Below, in pieces: positions 8,575 to 18,021 of a DNA stretch of 64,000 bases. How positions within the stretch are numbered: position 1 is the stretch's first letter; each line of letters begins with the position of its first letter. The notes under the pieces were generated by a model. It was given only the letters and a program-made list of their open reading frames with translations, had not been told where the DNA came from and did no database searches. The translations under genes and the position numbers were made by a program. Origin of the DNA: Candidatus Aenigmatarchaeota archaeon (GTDB taxonomy: Archaea > Aenigmatarchaeota > Aenigmatarchaeia > GW2011-AR5); NCBI GenBank assembly GCA_016198685.1, contig JACQID010000004.1:64001-128000 (forward strand). Direction: 5' to 3'.

Positions 8575-10101
8575 TTAAAAATATTTAACCATATAATATC
8601 CGTCCGGCTTATAGCCGAATTTCTTGTAATATTCGCGTGCGCCTACACCTGACGTGACTGCAATTTTAATTTTGCCCCTTTCTTTTGCGATTTCTTCCGC
8701 CCTTTCAAGGAGGCGGCGACCATAACCCTTGTGCTGATAGGCTCCTTCTCCATGTATAGGTACTTGGATACCATAGACGTGAACTTCTCTGACCTTGGCC
8801 GTATCTGATTCATCGATTCGCAGGCGCAGAAAGCCTATCAGAATATCCTGCTCCTGATCTTCAAAGCTCAGGAAGATCTCCTGTCCGCCTCCGGCTTCAT
8901 AGCTATTTTCGAGAAGTGTGATGTCTTTGGGTGTTCTGCCGGAGACCCCTACTTCCCTGCAGCGTATGCACCTGCATTTCATGCCGCGTTCGCTAGCGAG
9001 CTGCCGAAGGTTTGTTGTCCTTGCGCCTGCCGCGGCTTTATGTTCCGATATGTCGCGCATTATCCTCTTTATCCTGACATAGGGAGGCACAATTCTTTTC
9101 ATTTCTATGAGCAATGATATCATTTCTTCTTTTTCAAGCGGGGCATATTGCCCGTTCTTCCATTTGTCGTGGAGCTCTGTTCCAGGTATGACTAAAGTAG
9201 GGTATATTTTCAACTCGTCAGGCATGTAATCCGGATTTGAAAACAGTTCGCTAAAGAATTTCAATTCTCTTTCAAAATCAACTTTGCCAAGAAGACCTGT
9301 GAGCCCAGGCATCCAGTGTGCCGTAATCTTGATTCCTGCCTCGCGCAAACGGCGGAACGCTTCCTTGTTTTTTTCACACCCGTGCCCGCGGTTTACGAGC
9401 AACTGGAGGGTTTCATCTGTCGTTTGGACTCCTATCTCCACTCGTGTGGCGCCATAACGAAGCATTTCATTTACGTAAGAATCGTTGCAATAATCGGCAC
9501 GGGTTTCTATTGTAAGTCCTATGACACGGTTGCCTGCAGTTTCGTTCAATGCCTTGGCGTCTTCGAGAGACTGCGAATCTTTTCCGTTGAAAGCGTCAAA
9601 TGCGCGCTTTATGAAATTCTCCCGATTCAATTTGTCCCATGCCATGAAAGTCCCGCCCATTATTATAAGCTCGCACTTGTCCGTGACATGCCCTATGCCG
9701 TTGAGCTGCTTGAGACGATTCGAGACCTGCTTGAAGGCATCATATTCATTGCGTTTGGCTCTTAATGTAGTCGGTTCAACGCCGGTATAGGATTTCGGAG
9801 AATATTCTCCTTGAGGACAGAATATGCACGAAAAGGGGCAGGAATAGGAATTTTCCCCAAGCCACATTATCGCAATATTGGCAACACCCGATAGCGTGCG
9901 CACGGGTTTTGTCTTGAGTAGTGCAATAGCATCATGAAAACCGTTCTTCTCGGCATATGCGATCAGCTCTGCATTCTTCATTATGTTGGGCAGTGCATAT
10001 TTACCTGCGAGCGTAGTCTTGGCTTTCTCGAGTTCCGAATGGCTCGATATTTCCCCTCGTTTTATTTTTTCCAAAAGTTCTTGATGTGCTTTTTGTGGCA
10101 T
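8575..10101 (-). CDS. elp3: tRNA uridine(34) acetyltransferase Elp3 (radical SAM + GNAT)
   Basis: KPVRTLSGVANIA, CPFSCIFCP, PKSYTG, ELIIMGGTF, ELKIYPTLV, YQHKGYGRRLL. Start moved to MPQKAHQ. Confidence 0.95.
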   Translation of the reverse strand: MPQKAHQELLEKIKRGEISSHSELEKAKTTLAGKYALPNIMKNAELIAYAEKNGFHDAIALLKTKPVRTLSGVANIAIMWLGENSYSCPFSCIFCPQGEYSPKSYTGVEPTTLRAKRNEYDAFKQVSNRLKQLNGIGHVTDKCELIIMGGTFMAWDKLNRENFIKRAFDAFNGKDSQSLEDAKALNETAGNRVIGLTIETRADYCNDSYVNEMLRYGATRVEIGVQTTDETLQLLVNRGHGCEKNKEAFRRLREAGIKITAHWMPGLTGLLGKVDFERELKFFSELFSNPDYMPDELKIYPTLVIPGTELHDKWKNGQYAPLEKEEMISLLIEMKRIVPPYVRIKRIMRDISEHKAAAGARTTNLRQLASERGMKCRCIRCREVGVSGRTPKDITLLENSYEAGGGQEIFLSFEDQEQDILIGFLRLRIDESDTAKVREVHVYGIQVPIHGEGAYQHKGYGRRLLERAEEIAKERGKIKIAVTSGVGAREYYKKFGYKPDGYYMVKYF

Positions 10102-10170
10102 GAAAATATAGATAATGAAAGTCTTATAAAATAAAGAAATTCTTATAAAGATTTGGGTTATAGATGACTG

Positions 10171-10758
10171 ATGGGCATATCTCAATTATCTTCCGGCCTG
10201 TCAGTGGTGCGCTATGATATCGAGCGTAAATTCAACGAAGGACTCAGAGAAGATGCCAATCGGCAGGTAGGGGATATTGTCAAGGAGCACGGATATCCTG
10301 ATTATCAGGGTCTTTTCATGGGACGTATGAGAGACAGGTATGATGTATTCTTTTGCCTTGGCAACGGAGGCAATAGCACTGCAATAGAGGCTTATGAGGA
10401 CGCACTCAATCTCTGCAAAGCACAAAAATGCACCATCACGCGTAATAACAATCTCTCCAAGTACATGAAACGCGAATTTGATTATATCTTCGGGCAACGT
10501 TTCGAGGGAGGACGTCTTGCCGTCATCGGGGATTCAGAAGTTACGCATCCCGTCACGCTTGCATCTTACGACACAAATAACGGAAACATCATAATGGTGC
10601 CCTTCGGCCTTCGCCCTGAAAATTACGAGACGGCCGAGCGCATCGCAGAATCGCTTGGTATAACGCCCGCGTATCCTATAGCTGACGATGAAGGGATACC
10701 AGGTAATATTCCATTGCCTCCTGCAATAGAGAATTTCCTTAAACAATTGGGCATGTAA
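10171..10758 (+). CDS. Hypothetical protein
   Basis: 195-aa ORF divergent from elp3, with an AT-rich promoter-like gap. Confidence 0.6.
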   Translation: MGISQLSSGLSVVRYDIERKFNEGLREDANRQVGDIVKEHGYPDYQGLFMGRMRDRYDVFFCLGNGGNSTAIEAYEDALNLCKAQKCTITRNNNLSKYMKREFDYIFGQRFEGGRLAVIGDSEVTHPVTLASYDTNNGNIIMVPFGLRPENYETAERIAESLGITPAYPIADDEGIPGNIPLPPAIENFLKQLGM

Positions 10759-10807
10759 ACCCGAAAGTTAAAATCCGAATGTTAATATTTTGAAATCAAA
10801 ATAAAAT

Positions 10808-11635
10808 TTATTTCGCGGCCTTAGCATTCTTCCAGAGCATGTTGAACATAGGTTCCATGAAATTAGAAGTCACATGATTGCTCTGGGACCAGAATGCAAT
10901 GTCCTGCGTTGGGTGCGTTTTTGCATCATCCGTGAGCCCGATGACGAACTCTTCGCCATCGACTATGCAAACTCTGCCCATCAGCTTTTCAATGCTATCG
11001 GCGCCATTAAGGTTCTTTATCTGAGCATAGCCGCTAAGAGATTTTATAACTTCCGTGTGCTCATCTTTTAGAGGCGCAAGAATCTGGACCGCAACTCCCC
11101 TTTCTGCCATCTTTTTTATATGAGAAGAGTGGTGTTCTGCGATTTCGTTGAGGCCGCTTTCTGTGGTTATGAGCTTGACGTTCTTCTTCGCCTTCTTCAT
11201 CATCGTACCGAGATGCTGGAGCATTGCAGGCCTGCCCTTCAGAGCGCCGGTTAATTCATCGGCATTGACCGTTTTAATATTATCCTTGTGAAGCTTCTCG
11301 AGTTCCTTTATCGACTCGCTCTTGGAAAGATTTTCCATTCTGATTTCAGCTTCCTTGGCATCATCCATTATCTTGGATTTGGCTCTTTCCAGTGCCTCGC
11401 GTGGAGGAAGTGAGACGTATTTCAGGGGTTTGCCCGGCTGTAGCATTATGAAGCCTTTGCTGCTTAGCGATTCAAGAACGTCATAGCATCTGGATCTAGG
11501 AACTTTTGATATTTCTGCGAGTTCGCCTGCAGTGGCGCTGCCTCTTGAAAGCAGAGCAACCCAAATGTTCCTCTCGTATTTGTTCAATCCTACTGACTTC
11601 AACGCATCCAACGTTTTTTGTGACGCCACCATCAT
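10808..11635 (-). CDS. trmB: TrmB-family transcriptional regulator
   Basis: LKSVGLNKYERNIWVALL...ELAEISKVPRSRCYDVLESLSSKGF wHTH; C-terminal IVDGEE effector-domain motif. Confidence 0.9.
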   Translation of the reverse strand: MMVASQKTLDALKSVGLNKYERNIWVALLSRGSATAGELAEISKVPRSRCYDVLESLSSKGFIMLQPGKPLKYVSLPPREALERAKSKIMDDAKEAEIRMENLSKSESIKELEKLHKDNIKTVNADELTGALKGRPAMLQHLGTMMKKAKKNVKLITTESGLNEIAEHHSSHIKKMAERGVAVQILAPLKDEHTEVIKSLSGYAQIKNLNGADSIEKLMGRVCIVDGEEFVIGLTDDAKTHPTQDIAFWSQSNHVTSNFMEPMFNMLWKNAKAAK

Positions 11636-11713
11636 AACACCTCGCATTTTATTATCTTGATTGTTGTTAGGGAAACCTTAAATATGTTACTTTTGAGGAA
11701 GAACACTAAGCCC

Positions 11714-12865
11714 TCAAATCCAGCCGCCTTTTTTCGCCTCTTTCTCTTCTTTTTTATACTGTTTGTGGAGCTCTTCAACGATCTCTTTGACTTCTCCATG
11801 GGCTTTGTAGTCGTCTTTAACGCCGCAGGAATTGCCAACGCCTATAATTATGACCTTTTGGCCCTTGCTCGCGCGATCGACAGCTCTGTCAACGTATGTC
11901 TTGACTTTATCCACGGATTCAAAAATGCTTTTCTTCATCGGCAAAATAGCCTCGTCAATTCCTACTTTTATGACGATGCTGTCTATAGGTATGCCTTTGG
12001 GCAACAGGACGTTTTCTATCATCTCGCGCTGCCCGACTCCGCCCATGGCAAATCCCACGCCCTCTGCAACAGATCCTGTTTTTTCGCCTTCAAGCTTTGC
12101 CCCTGCATCTATAGTAACAACACGGGAAATCTTCTTGCTCTTCATTATTTTTAAAATCGCCTCATCTATTCTTCCCAAATGAGGTGCAGGGCCTGTAGCC
12201 TTGAGAACAAAGCATACTCTGCCGTTTATGACGGTTTCATCAACCACTACTTCTTCTGCTATATTCTTGGGCTTCTTCATGTAAGTTGCCGCTACGAGCG
12301 GTCCTATCGAATCGCCGATAGGCCACCCGTTCACGAACGCTTCGGTGCCTTTGAGTTCGGATTCTGCAATCTTTTCTATGATAGGCAATTGCATCTGAAG
12401 AATCATTGCGATCTGCAGATTCTTGAATTTCTTCGATATTTCAACATAATGACGTACAATTTTGGCCATCTGGCGCAGGCTGACAGCAGCTCGTAGGCCG
12501 TAATTAATTTCCTGCACTTCTTCTTTGTTTTTCGCTATGCTCTGGGCGAACTGGCTGAAACGCTGTTCCATGTTTTTTATGGTTTGATCTATCTTCTTTA
12601 CAAGCCCGAAAGGATCTATGGAAGAAGGCTCGACTACAAATAACTCGGTGAATTCGTGGATAGCATGCTTTGTTGCATGGGTTCCGGTCTTCTTCAAAAC
12701 GAGCCCATTTGCCTTTTCAGACATCCCTTCTATCTTCCTTGCGCTCTGATCTATCTTGGATATGAGCTGCGAAAGCATCATGCGGGGATAAATGTACATG
12801 AAAATGAAAAGCATGGCAAACCATGTTATTATGCCAACAGGATCTGTCGCTTGCATGAATTGCAT
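11714..12865 (-). CDS. DUF1512 family conserved archaeal protein
   Basis: EPSSIDPFG, PIGDSIGPLVA and TIDAGAKLEGEKTGSVAEGVGFAMGG match my recollection of the family. Confidence 0.8.
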   Translation of the reverse strand: MQFMQATDPVGIITWFAMLFIFMYIYPRMMLSQLISKIDQSARKIEGMSEKANGLVLKKTGTHATKHAIHEFTELFVVEPSSIDPFGLVKKIDQTIKNMEQRFSQFAQSIAKNKEEVQEINYGLRAAVSLRQMAKIVRHYVEISKKFKNLQIAMILQMQLPIIEKIAESELKGTEAFVNGWPIGDSIGPLVAATYMKKPKNIAEEVVVDETVINGRVCFVLKATGPAPHLGRIDEAILKIMKSKKISRVVTIDAGAKLEGEKTGSVAEGVGFAMGGVGQREMIENVLLPKGIPIDSIVIKVGIDEAILPMKKSIFESVDKVKTYVDRAVDRASKGQKVIIIGVGNSCGVKDDYKAHGEVKEIVEELHKQYKKEEKEAKKGGWI

Positions 12866-12923
12866 TTTTTTACACCAAAATTATTTCTAAAACCTTTTAA
12901 TTTGATAGCTTAAATATATTTAG

Positions 12924-13535
12924 ATGGACTGGAAGATCATAGCTTCTCTTGCTATTGTGATGGCCATAGCTTTTATAGCCGTTTCAAGAACCCCGGAAGT
13001 TTCCCGTTTTTTCGATGATATAGTCGGTTATATTAACCCGGTGCCGGGCAATCTAAGCTTCTCGTTGGTAGGGGTTTATAGCGAGAATGTGACGCTTGCG
13101 ACAACGAATTCTGCCGTGGAAATGACACCAGAGAACGTTTCCCTGGAAATAGGCGGAGGAACTATCGAGTCCGGGAGCCATATATTATTGCGGGGATTCA
13201 AAGGTAATGTCAAGATACATGAAAATACTGCTTATATAGATGGAATAGCATCTGCAGTTGAAGTCGGCGATGCGTCTATTAACTATGCCGGCCGTTCGGT
13301 CAAGGGAACGGTTGGGTTTTCGGCCTTGAAAGTTACGAATGTCACCAGCCGATCGTTCGATCTCAATACTTCTTCGGGAATGCTAAATGCAGGCGACACG
13401 GAAATAACGATAGATGGCAAAATTGTAACCATAGTCGCGCCTCATGCCGATTATTCCTTTGAAACCGGATCTTTGCGTGTCGCCGGAAAGGCAAGAAGAA
13501 TAGAAGTTCCGGATGCCGGACTGAGAATAGAATAG
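12924..13535 (+). CDS. Secreted or membrane-anchored beta-rich hypothetical protein
   Basis: N-terminal hydrophobic helix followed by a G/T/S/V-rich body. Confidence 0.65.
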   Translation: MDWKIIASLAIVMAIAFIAVSRTPEVSRFFDDIVGYINPVPGNLSFSLVGVYSENVTLATTNSAVEMTPENVSLEIGGGTIESGSHILLRGFKGNVKIHENTAYIDGIASAVEVGDASINYAGRSVKGTVGFSALKVTNVTSRSFDLNTSSGMLNAGDTEITIDGKIVTIVAPHADYSFETGSLRVAGKARRIEVPDAGLRIE

Positions 13536-13859
13536 TTATCGTTTGTTGCCTGGCACAAAAACGCCGCCTATCTTTCCTGCTATATCGAGTATTCCATAGA
13601 CAATTCTTGCGAGAATGAACAACATGTACAACCCTATGCCCAAGGCGACGAAGAATATAATTGCATTAAGATCCGTGGGCAGGCTGAATCCTAGGAGGTT
13701 CACGCCAAACGGAAAGACCGCTGATGCTACCGCTATTATACCTATGTTAATTACGGTCTTCACCGCTTGATTCATGACATAAAGGAAAGCGGCAAATACT
13801 ATGACCAAAAGGGCCAGTTGCATGGTGTCAAATGCGCCTATGACGCTTTCAAATACCAT
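13536..13859 (-). CDS. Hypothetical membrane protein
   Basis: 107 aa with three hydrophobic segments. Confidence 0.65.
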   Translation of the reverse strand: MVFESVIGAFDTMQLALLVIVFAAFLYVMNQAVKTVINIGIIAVASAVFPFGVNLLGFSLPTDLNAIIFFVALGIGLYMLFILARIVYGILDIAGKIGGVFVPGNKR

Positions 13860-14151
13860 AATTATATTTCATAATTGAATATAAAAAGAAAAAAAGAATT
13901 GTTGCTTTCGTTCCAGTCGGGCTTTCTCATTTGCCGCTTAAGCATGGCATACAAATTGTTTCGGTCTAAAACATATTGTTGTACGCCATGTCCTAACCCG
14001 CTATCGTTTTCTGCGCGTGTTATGCCTAGGAGATAGTGCTGCGGACTTATTGTAGCATTTGTCATTGCGGACACCGCAATGATGCCGACAACGCGTTTCA
14101 GGCAATTGTCAGGCTTTCAAAAGTCCGTCTACGCGCCGGACAGTAGGGCTG

Positions 14152-14457
14152 TCAAAGCTCAGTCACGTTATCAACGATTGTCGTATTCGAATCGTTAATA
14201 ACGATGCCGTTCGTATCGTTTATGACTGGAGCCGTCGTATTGTTGATTTCAGGCATAGGCAGTGTATAATTTGTCATATTTGTTTCATTTATGCCCGGAA
14301 TCGTTGTGTTATTAATCCCTGGAGTCGGAGGCTGTGGAAAAGGCAACGTTGTTGTAGTTGTAAAGGTAGTTGTTGTAGTCGTCTCGCCGTTGTCCATCGT
14401 ACCTGTGCACCCTGCCGCTAGGAGCACCAAGGCCATAAAGGCTGCTATTGTTTTCAT
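14152..14457 (-). CDS. Small Thr/Asn/Pro-rich lipoprotein
   Basis: MKTIAAFMALVLLAAGC lipobox, then a low-complexity tail with many N-x-T/S sequons. Start moved to 14457. Confidence 0.7.
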   Translation of the reverse strand: MKTIAAFMALVLLAAGCTGTMDNGETTTTTTFTTTTTLPFPQPPTPGINNTTIPGINETNMTNYTLPMPEINNTTAPVINDTNGIVINDSNTTIVDNVTEL

Positions 14458-14529
14458 ACTTCTTATTATAGCGCTGAAATTATAAATAAAAAAACGGATT
14501 TTGATTCTTATTCCGTAATTTTTCCGGAA

Positions 14530-14624
14530 AATTATCATGCATATATTTCAATGACATCTTTCATCACCGCTTAACGTCAAGCCAGTCAAGAGGACAATTA
14601 TCATGCATATATTTCAATGACATC
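14530..14624. repeat. 29-bp perfect direct repeat flanking a 37-bp unique insert
   Basis: AATTATCATGCATATATTTCAATGACATC at 14530-14558 and 14596-14624. Confidence 0.95.
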
Positions 14625-15386
14625 CCCGTCATCTAATGTATAACCGAGTCCCACCTGCTTGTTCATCCCCTTCCGGCCAATTCTTGCAAAACGGAAATTC
14701 TTAATGAAATCCTTGTGTATAGCCTTTGCAGCGTCCCTTACTGTCGCACCTCTGGCCAATGACATTGGAGTCTTAGTCTTCTTCGTGTAAACCACTATTC
14801 TGCCCAATGCCTTCCATATTCTTTCTTTTACGCTGCTTGGCGTTTCTTCACGTGGATTGACAGTCAATGATTTTGTGCGTATATACTTGTCATCAAGCAT
14901 ACTGCGCAGCATTTTTTCTTCTTTCGGATTTTTTATTACAATAATAACAAGCTCGGCCGTTCTCGCTATGCTGACGTAGGCAGGTTCGAATGTTGAAGGT
15001 ATCTCGATAATCTGTATCTTGACCCCTTTCCAATCCATCATGCCTATCTCGGGCTTCACGGTCGTGTATTCATAAGGCGCGATTTCAGGCTTTGCGTCTG
15101 TGATGGCGGCCAAAAGCTGGGATTTGCCGGAATTTGTGTAACCGAGCAAGCATACTTGGGCGTCTCCTTCTTTTTGTATCCCTACTTTTGTCGTGCCCTT
15201 CTTTTCGCCCTCTTTCTTGAGCTTAGCCAGCCTCGATTTCAATTGCGCATGTGCGTTCTCGCTTCCATGATGACGCGGAAGAAGCGATATCATCTCTTCC
15301 AAAGCCGCTATCTTTTCTTCTCGGTTCTTGGCTTGTGCATACTTCATTTCCGCTTTATAATATTCCGCCGGAGGATTGACTGGCAT
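14601..15386 (-). CDS. DRG/OBG-family GTPase-like protein with TGS domain (shortened, degenerate G3/G4)
   Basis: MPVNPPAEY N-terminus, GYTNSGKS P-loop, YEYTT G2, C-terminal TGS (IHKDF...LDDGDVIEI). Confidence 0.85.
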   Translation of the reverse strand: MPVNPPAEYYKAEMKYAQAKNREEKIAALEEMISLLPRHHGSENAHAQLKSRLAKLKKEGEKKGTTKVGIQKEGDAQVCLLGYTNSGKSQLLAAITDAKPEIAPYEYTTVKPEIGMMDWKGVKIQIIEIPSTFEPAYVSIARTAELVIIVIKNPKEEKMLRSMLDDKYIRTKSLTVNPREETPSSVKERIWKALGRIVVYTKKTKTPMSLARGATVRDAAKAIHKDFIKNFRFARIGRKGMNKQVGLGYTLDDGDVIEIYA

Positions 15387-15648
15387 ATCTATAACTGCGA
15401 CTGAAGGGATAAATCCGTAAGCTTAGCACCCTGTATGCAGATACACAAAGGATGGCATGGCACCATTGTATCCTTGACAACTAAGCATCGGCAATAAGTT
15501 AAGGCGATAATTATGGCAAGATATGTATTTGTGCAAAATCGTAATATAAAAGGTGATTATACGCCTTTTGGCAAGATAGATTCTTTTTAAGGCAAAGAGT
15601 CGTTTTCTGAAACAGAAAGCTTTAAATATGCGTTATTACTAAAGAGTA

Positions 15649-16023
15649 GTGATATTAATGAGAAAAATGAAAGATATTGATGCTAAGATATGGGGCGGCA
15701 AGCATGATATACCTGATGCAGACTATGCTCTAAGGCATCTTCACGGCAATCAAATGGGCTTGCCTGCAATGGTTTACAATGAAAGAAAGATCGATCCAGA
15801 ATATGGGGGAGAGTATAATTTTGAACACTATAGGTCGTTATTTTTATCAGGGCTTAAACAAATTTTGGAATACGGAATGGAGGAGGCAGGTGATGTGACA
15901 TATGAACGCCTACTCAATATCGCCCATCTGGTGGCGTTGCCGGGAGCATGGGATGATCCTGAGAAATTCAGAGAAGCATATTATATGACTTCCAAGATCT
16001 TAGGGAAAAAGCCTATCTTCTAG
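15649..16023 (+). CDS. Hypothetical protein
   Basis: 124-aa ORF downstream of a TTTAAATA box. Confidence 0.5.
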   Translation: MILMRKMKDIDAKIWGGKHDIPDADYALRHLHGNQMGLPAMVYNERKIDPEYGGEYNFEHYRSLFLSGLKQILEYGMEEAGDVTYERLLNIAHLVALPGAWDDPEKFREAYYMTSKILGKKPIF

Positions 16024-16341
16024 ATCATGGAGAGAGAAAGGCTTTTCTAATAGCGAGACAGAAGGGTTTGCCTGCAAACCAATCGGGATGTTTGACTTGT
16101 TGCTATAGATTACTACAACATTTCTTGAAAATCCTCTGCCCACTGCTTTTGTCATTCTTTCGCCTGAACAATAATCAGCGTCAATAATAACGGTGCCGGC
16201 ATAGCCAGGCAGGTCGACGCCTCTCGGTTCATAGCCTGCATTATGGTCTCCATTTTGCAGTCGATATGCAATAATGTCTTGTATAGGTGATCTGCCCACA
16301 AGGAGGATATTTGCGAGTTGCATATGATAATCTGTATTCAA
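16000..16341 (-). CDS. Degenerate receiver (CheY-like) domain protein
   Basis: NILLV / VIIDAD / VVIYS / LLEKPFSLHDL occur in receiver-domain order and spacing. Confidence 0.5.
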   Translation of the reverse strand: MNTDYHMQLANILLVGRSPIQDIIAYRLQNGDHNAGYEPRGVDLPGYAGTVIIDADYCSGERMTKAVGRGFSRNVVVIYSNKSNIPIGLQANPSVSLLEKPFSLHDLEDRLFP

Positions 16342-16745
16342 AATATAAAAAGCATCAATGTATTAATTATAAGTATCAATAGCTTTCATGGTTACTGTTT
16401 TGGGAAGTCAATTTACGTTTGTACGGCACAGCCCAAAAATCTTTCAATTCATGATGACCACATATTTTCCTGAAGACATTCCGCGCAACAAGGCTTCGTA
16501 CATGAGCCACATTCTGTGCAATGGATTTTTGCCAATACTGAATCCGGAGATGGGTTATGTTGAAATAGGCACTCCCAGCTTAGAAGCAGGCTCGTAAGGC
16601 TTGCAAATGATGATTCTCTGCCGGATGACGGAATGACGGGGAGAGGATACTTGAATACGTAAGGTGTCTGGGAAACGTGAGTCCTCGTGATGAAGATGGG
16701 CTAAGAAATCTTTATGAGAAGGGCATAAACATGCAGAGGGAGAAT

Positions 16746-17342
16746 CTAGAGAAATGTCATAGATATCAAAATAAGCTCTTCCCATTCGATTTTTTCCCTC
16801 TTAATTACAGATGCTTTGAACCCATATCTATTGCATAGTGCCAGAACTTCTTTTTCTCCACTAAGAGAAGAGATAATGAAGAATATCATTCCATCCTTCT
16901 TAAGATAAGTTGCCGCTTGGTTCAAAAAAGCATATATCGTCTCCCTTCCTGTCGGGCCGCTTACCAGTTGAGCTTTAGAATTGCCTAAGTATTTATCACT
17001 CTCATCTGCCGGTAGATAAGGCGGATTGAAGGCTATTATGTCAAATTTGCCTTCTATGGAAGAAAATAGGTCAGATACTATAGTTTTGATATTCACGTTG
17101 TTGAAATTGGCATTCTTTCCCGTTGCAGTCACTGCGTCTTGATTTATATCTATAGCGGTTACAGTTGCTCCTTTTTTTGCAGCAACAATCGAAGAAAGCC
17201 CTGCGCCGCATCCTATTTCCAGGAAGGCCGTGCCTTTCTTCACTTTTTCAGAAACCACTTCTGCGAGGAGCAGTGAATCTTCTTCAGGATAATAAACTGA
17301 ATCGGGCACTTCGAGTTTTATGCCTTTATAATTAAATTCCAT
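16746..17342 (-). CDS. HemK2/MTQ2-like N5-glutamine methyltransferase
   Basis: VYYPEEDSLLL, LEIGCGAG, DIIAFNPPYLP. Confidence 0.9.
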   Translation of the reverse strand: MEFNYKGIKLEVPDSVYYPEEDSLLLAEVVSEKVKKGTAFLEIGCGAGLSSIVAAKKGATVTAIDINQDAVTATGKNANFNNVNIKTIVSDLFSSIEGKFDIIAFNPPYLPADESDKYLGNSKAQLVSGPTGRETIYAFLNQAATYLKKDGMIFFIISSLSGEKEVLALCNRYGFKASVIKREKIEWEELILISMTFL

Positions 17343-17365
17343 GGATTATATTGCGAAGAAAGCGA

Positions 17366-18013
17366 TTAAACATAACCGCTGTTTGTTGTAGCCTCAATGA
17401 AGCCTGTGATAAAGCCTGCAATAGCTATAAACACAAAGAAACCAACCGCCAAGCCTGTGCAGGCTGTAAGAAGCACCGCTCCTGCAGCTTTGCCCATACT
17501 CATATTATGAAGAACAGACATACCGACTATACTTAGATATAGTGCATAGAAACCGCAAATTGTCCAAATCAAAAGCCATACCATTGAACCTATTGCAGGT
17601 ATCCACATAATAGGGAATAAAAGAGCTGTAATTTGGTGAGGAGTATTACTATATACTACAGCTTTGTATGTTTCTGAATAATAATTCTTTGCGCCAAGGA
17701 TTTTTGCAAATGCATGCAACATTCCGGCAGCGATGAATCTCCATACTATTCCCGTTATCCAGACAAAGCCAAAAACTACAATATTGATAATGCTTCCAGC
17801 TACAGCCGTTTCTCCCAGCGCCCCTTGATAAAGAGAACTCATCGCAAGACCCAAAATAAGGGCAAGCAAGGTTGTTGCTATAGCAGGAATAAGCGAAATA
17901 GAGAAGTAATACTTGAAGGCATCGCCAATTCCCTTCTCCTTCTTGGCAGAAGCGAAGAATTTTGACGGGGTTAAAAGAATGCTGCTAATTTTTAGAAGAA
18001 TTCGGGCATTCAT
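17366..18013 (-). CDS. YIP1-family membrane protein (copy 1)
   Basis: LLTPSKFFASAKKE...YSETYKAVVYSNTP...HNMSMGKAA. Confidence 0.8.
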   Translation of the reverse strand: MNARILLKISSILLTPSKFFASAKKEKGIGDAFKYYFSISLIPAIATTLLALILGLAMSSLYQGALGETAVAGSIINIVVFGFVWITGIVWRFIAAGMLHAFAKILGAKNYYSETYKAVVYSNTPHQITALLFPIMWIPAIGSMVWLLIWTICGFYALYLSIVGMSVLHNMSMGKAAGAVLLTACTGLAVGFFVFIAIAGFITGFIEATTNSGYV

Positions 18014-18021
18014 TTTCTAGC

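Noticed and set aside
3565-10126. ATAATGAAAGTCTTA shared at 3565-3579 and 10112-10126
   Set aside because: AT-rich 15-mer in different contexts (terminator-like hairpin vs elp3 promoter); no functional link evident.
13862-14074. Small ORF with an ISPQHYLLGI segment resembling a Clp N-terminal repeat
   Set aside because: The similarity covers about 10 residues, the start is unclear, and it overlaps hairpins (e.g. TCATTGCGG/CCGCAATGA at 14062-14082) that may simply be a terminator.
16388-16745. Possible fragmented gene between the receiver-like ORF and the HemK gene
   Set aside because: Short open stretches in different frames with no recognisable motif; cannot be supported as CDS or pseudogene.
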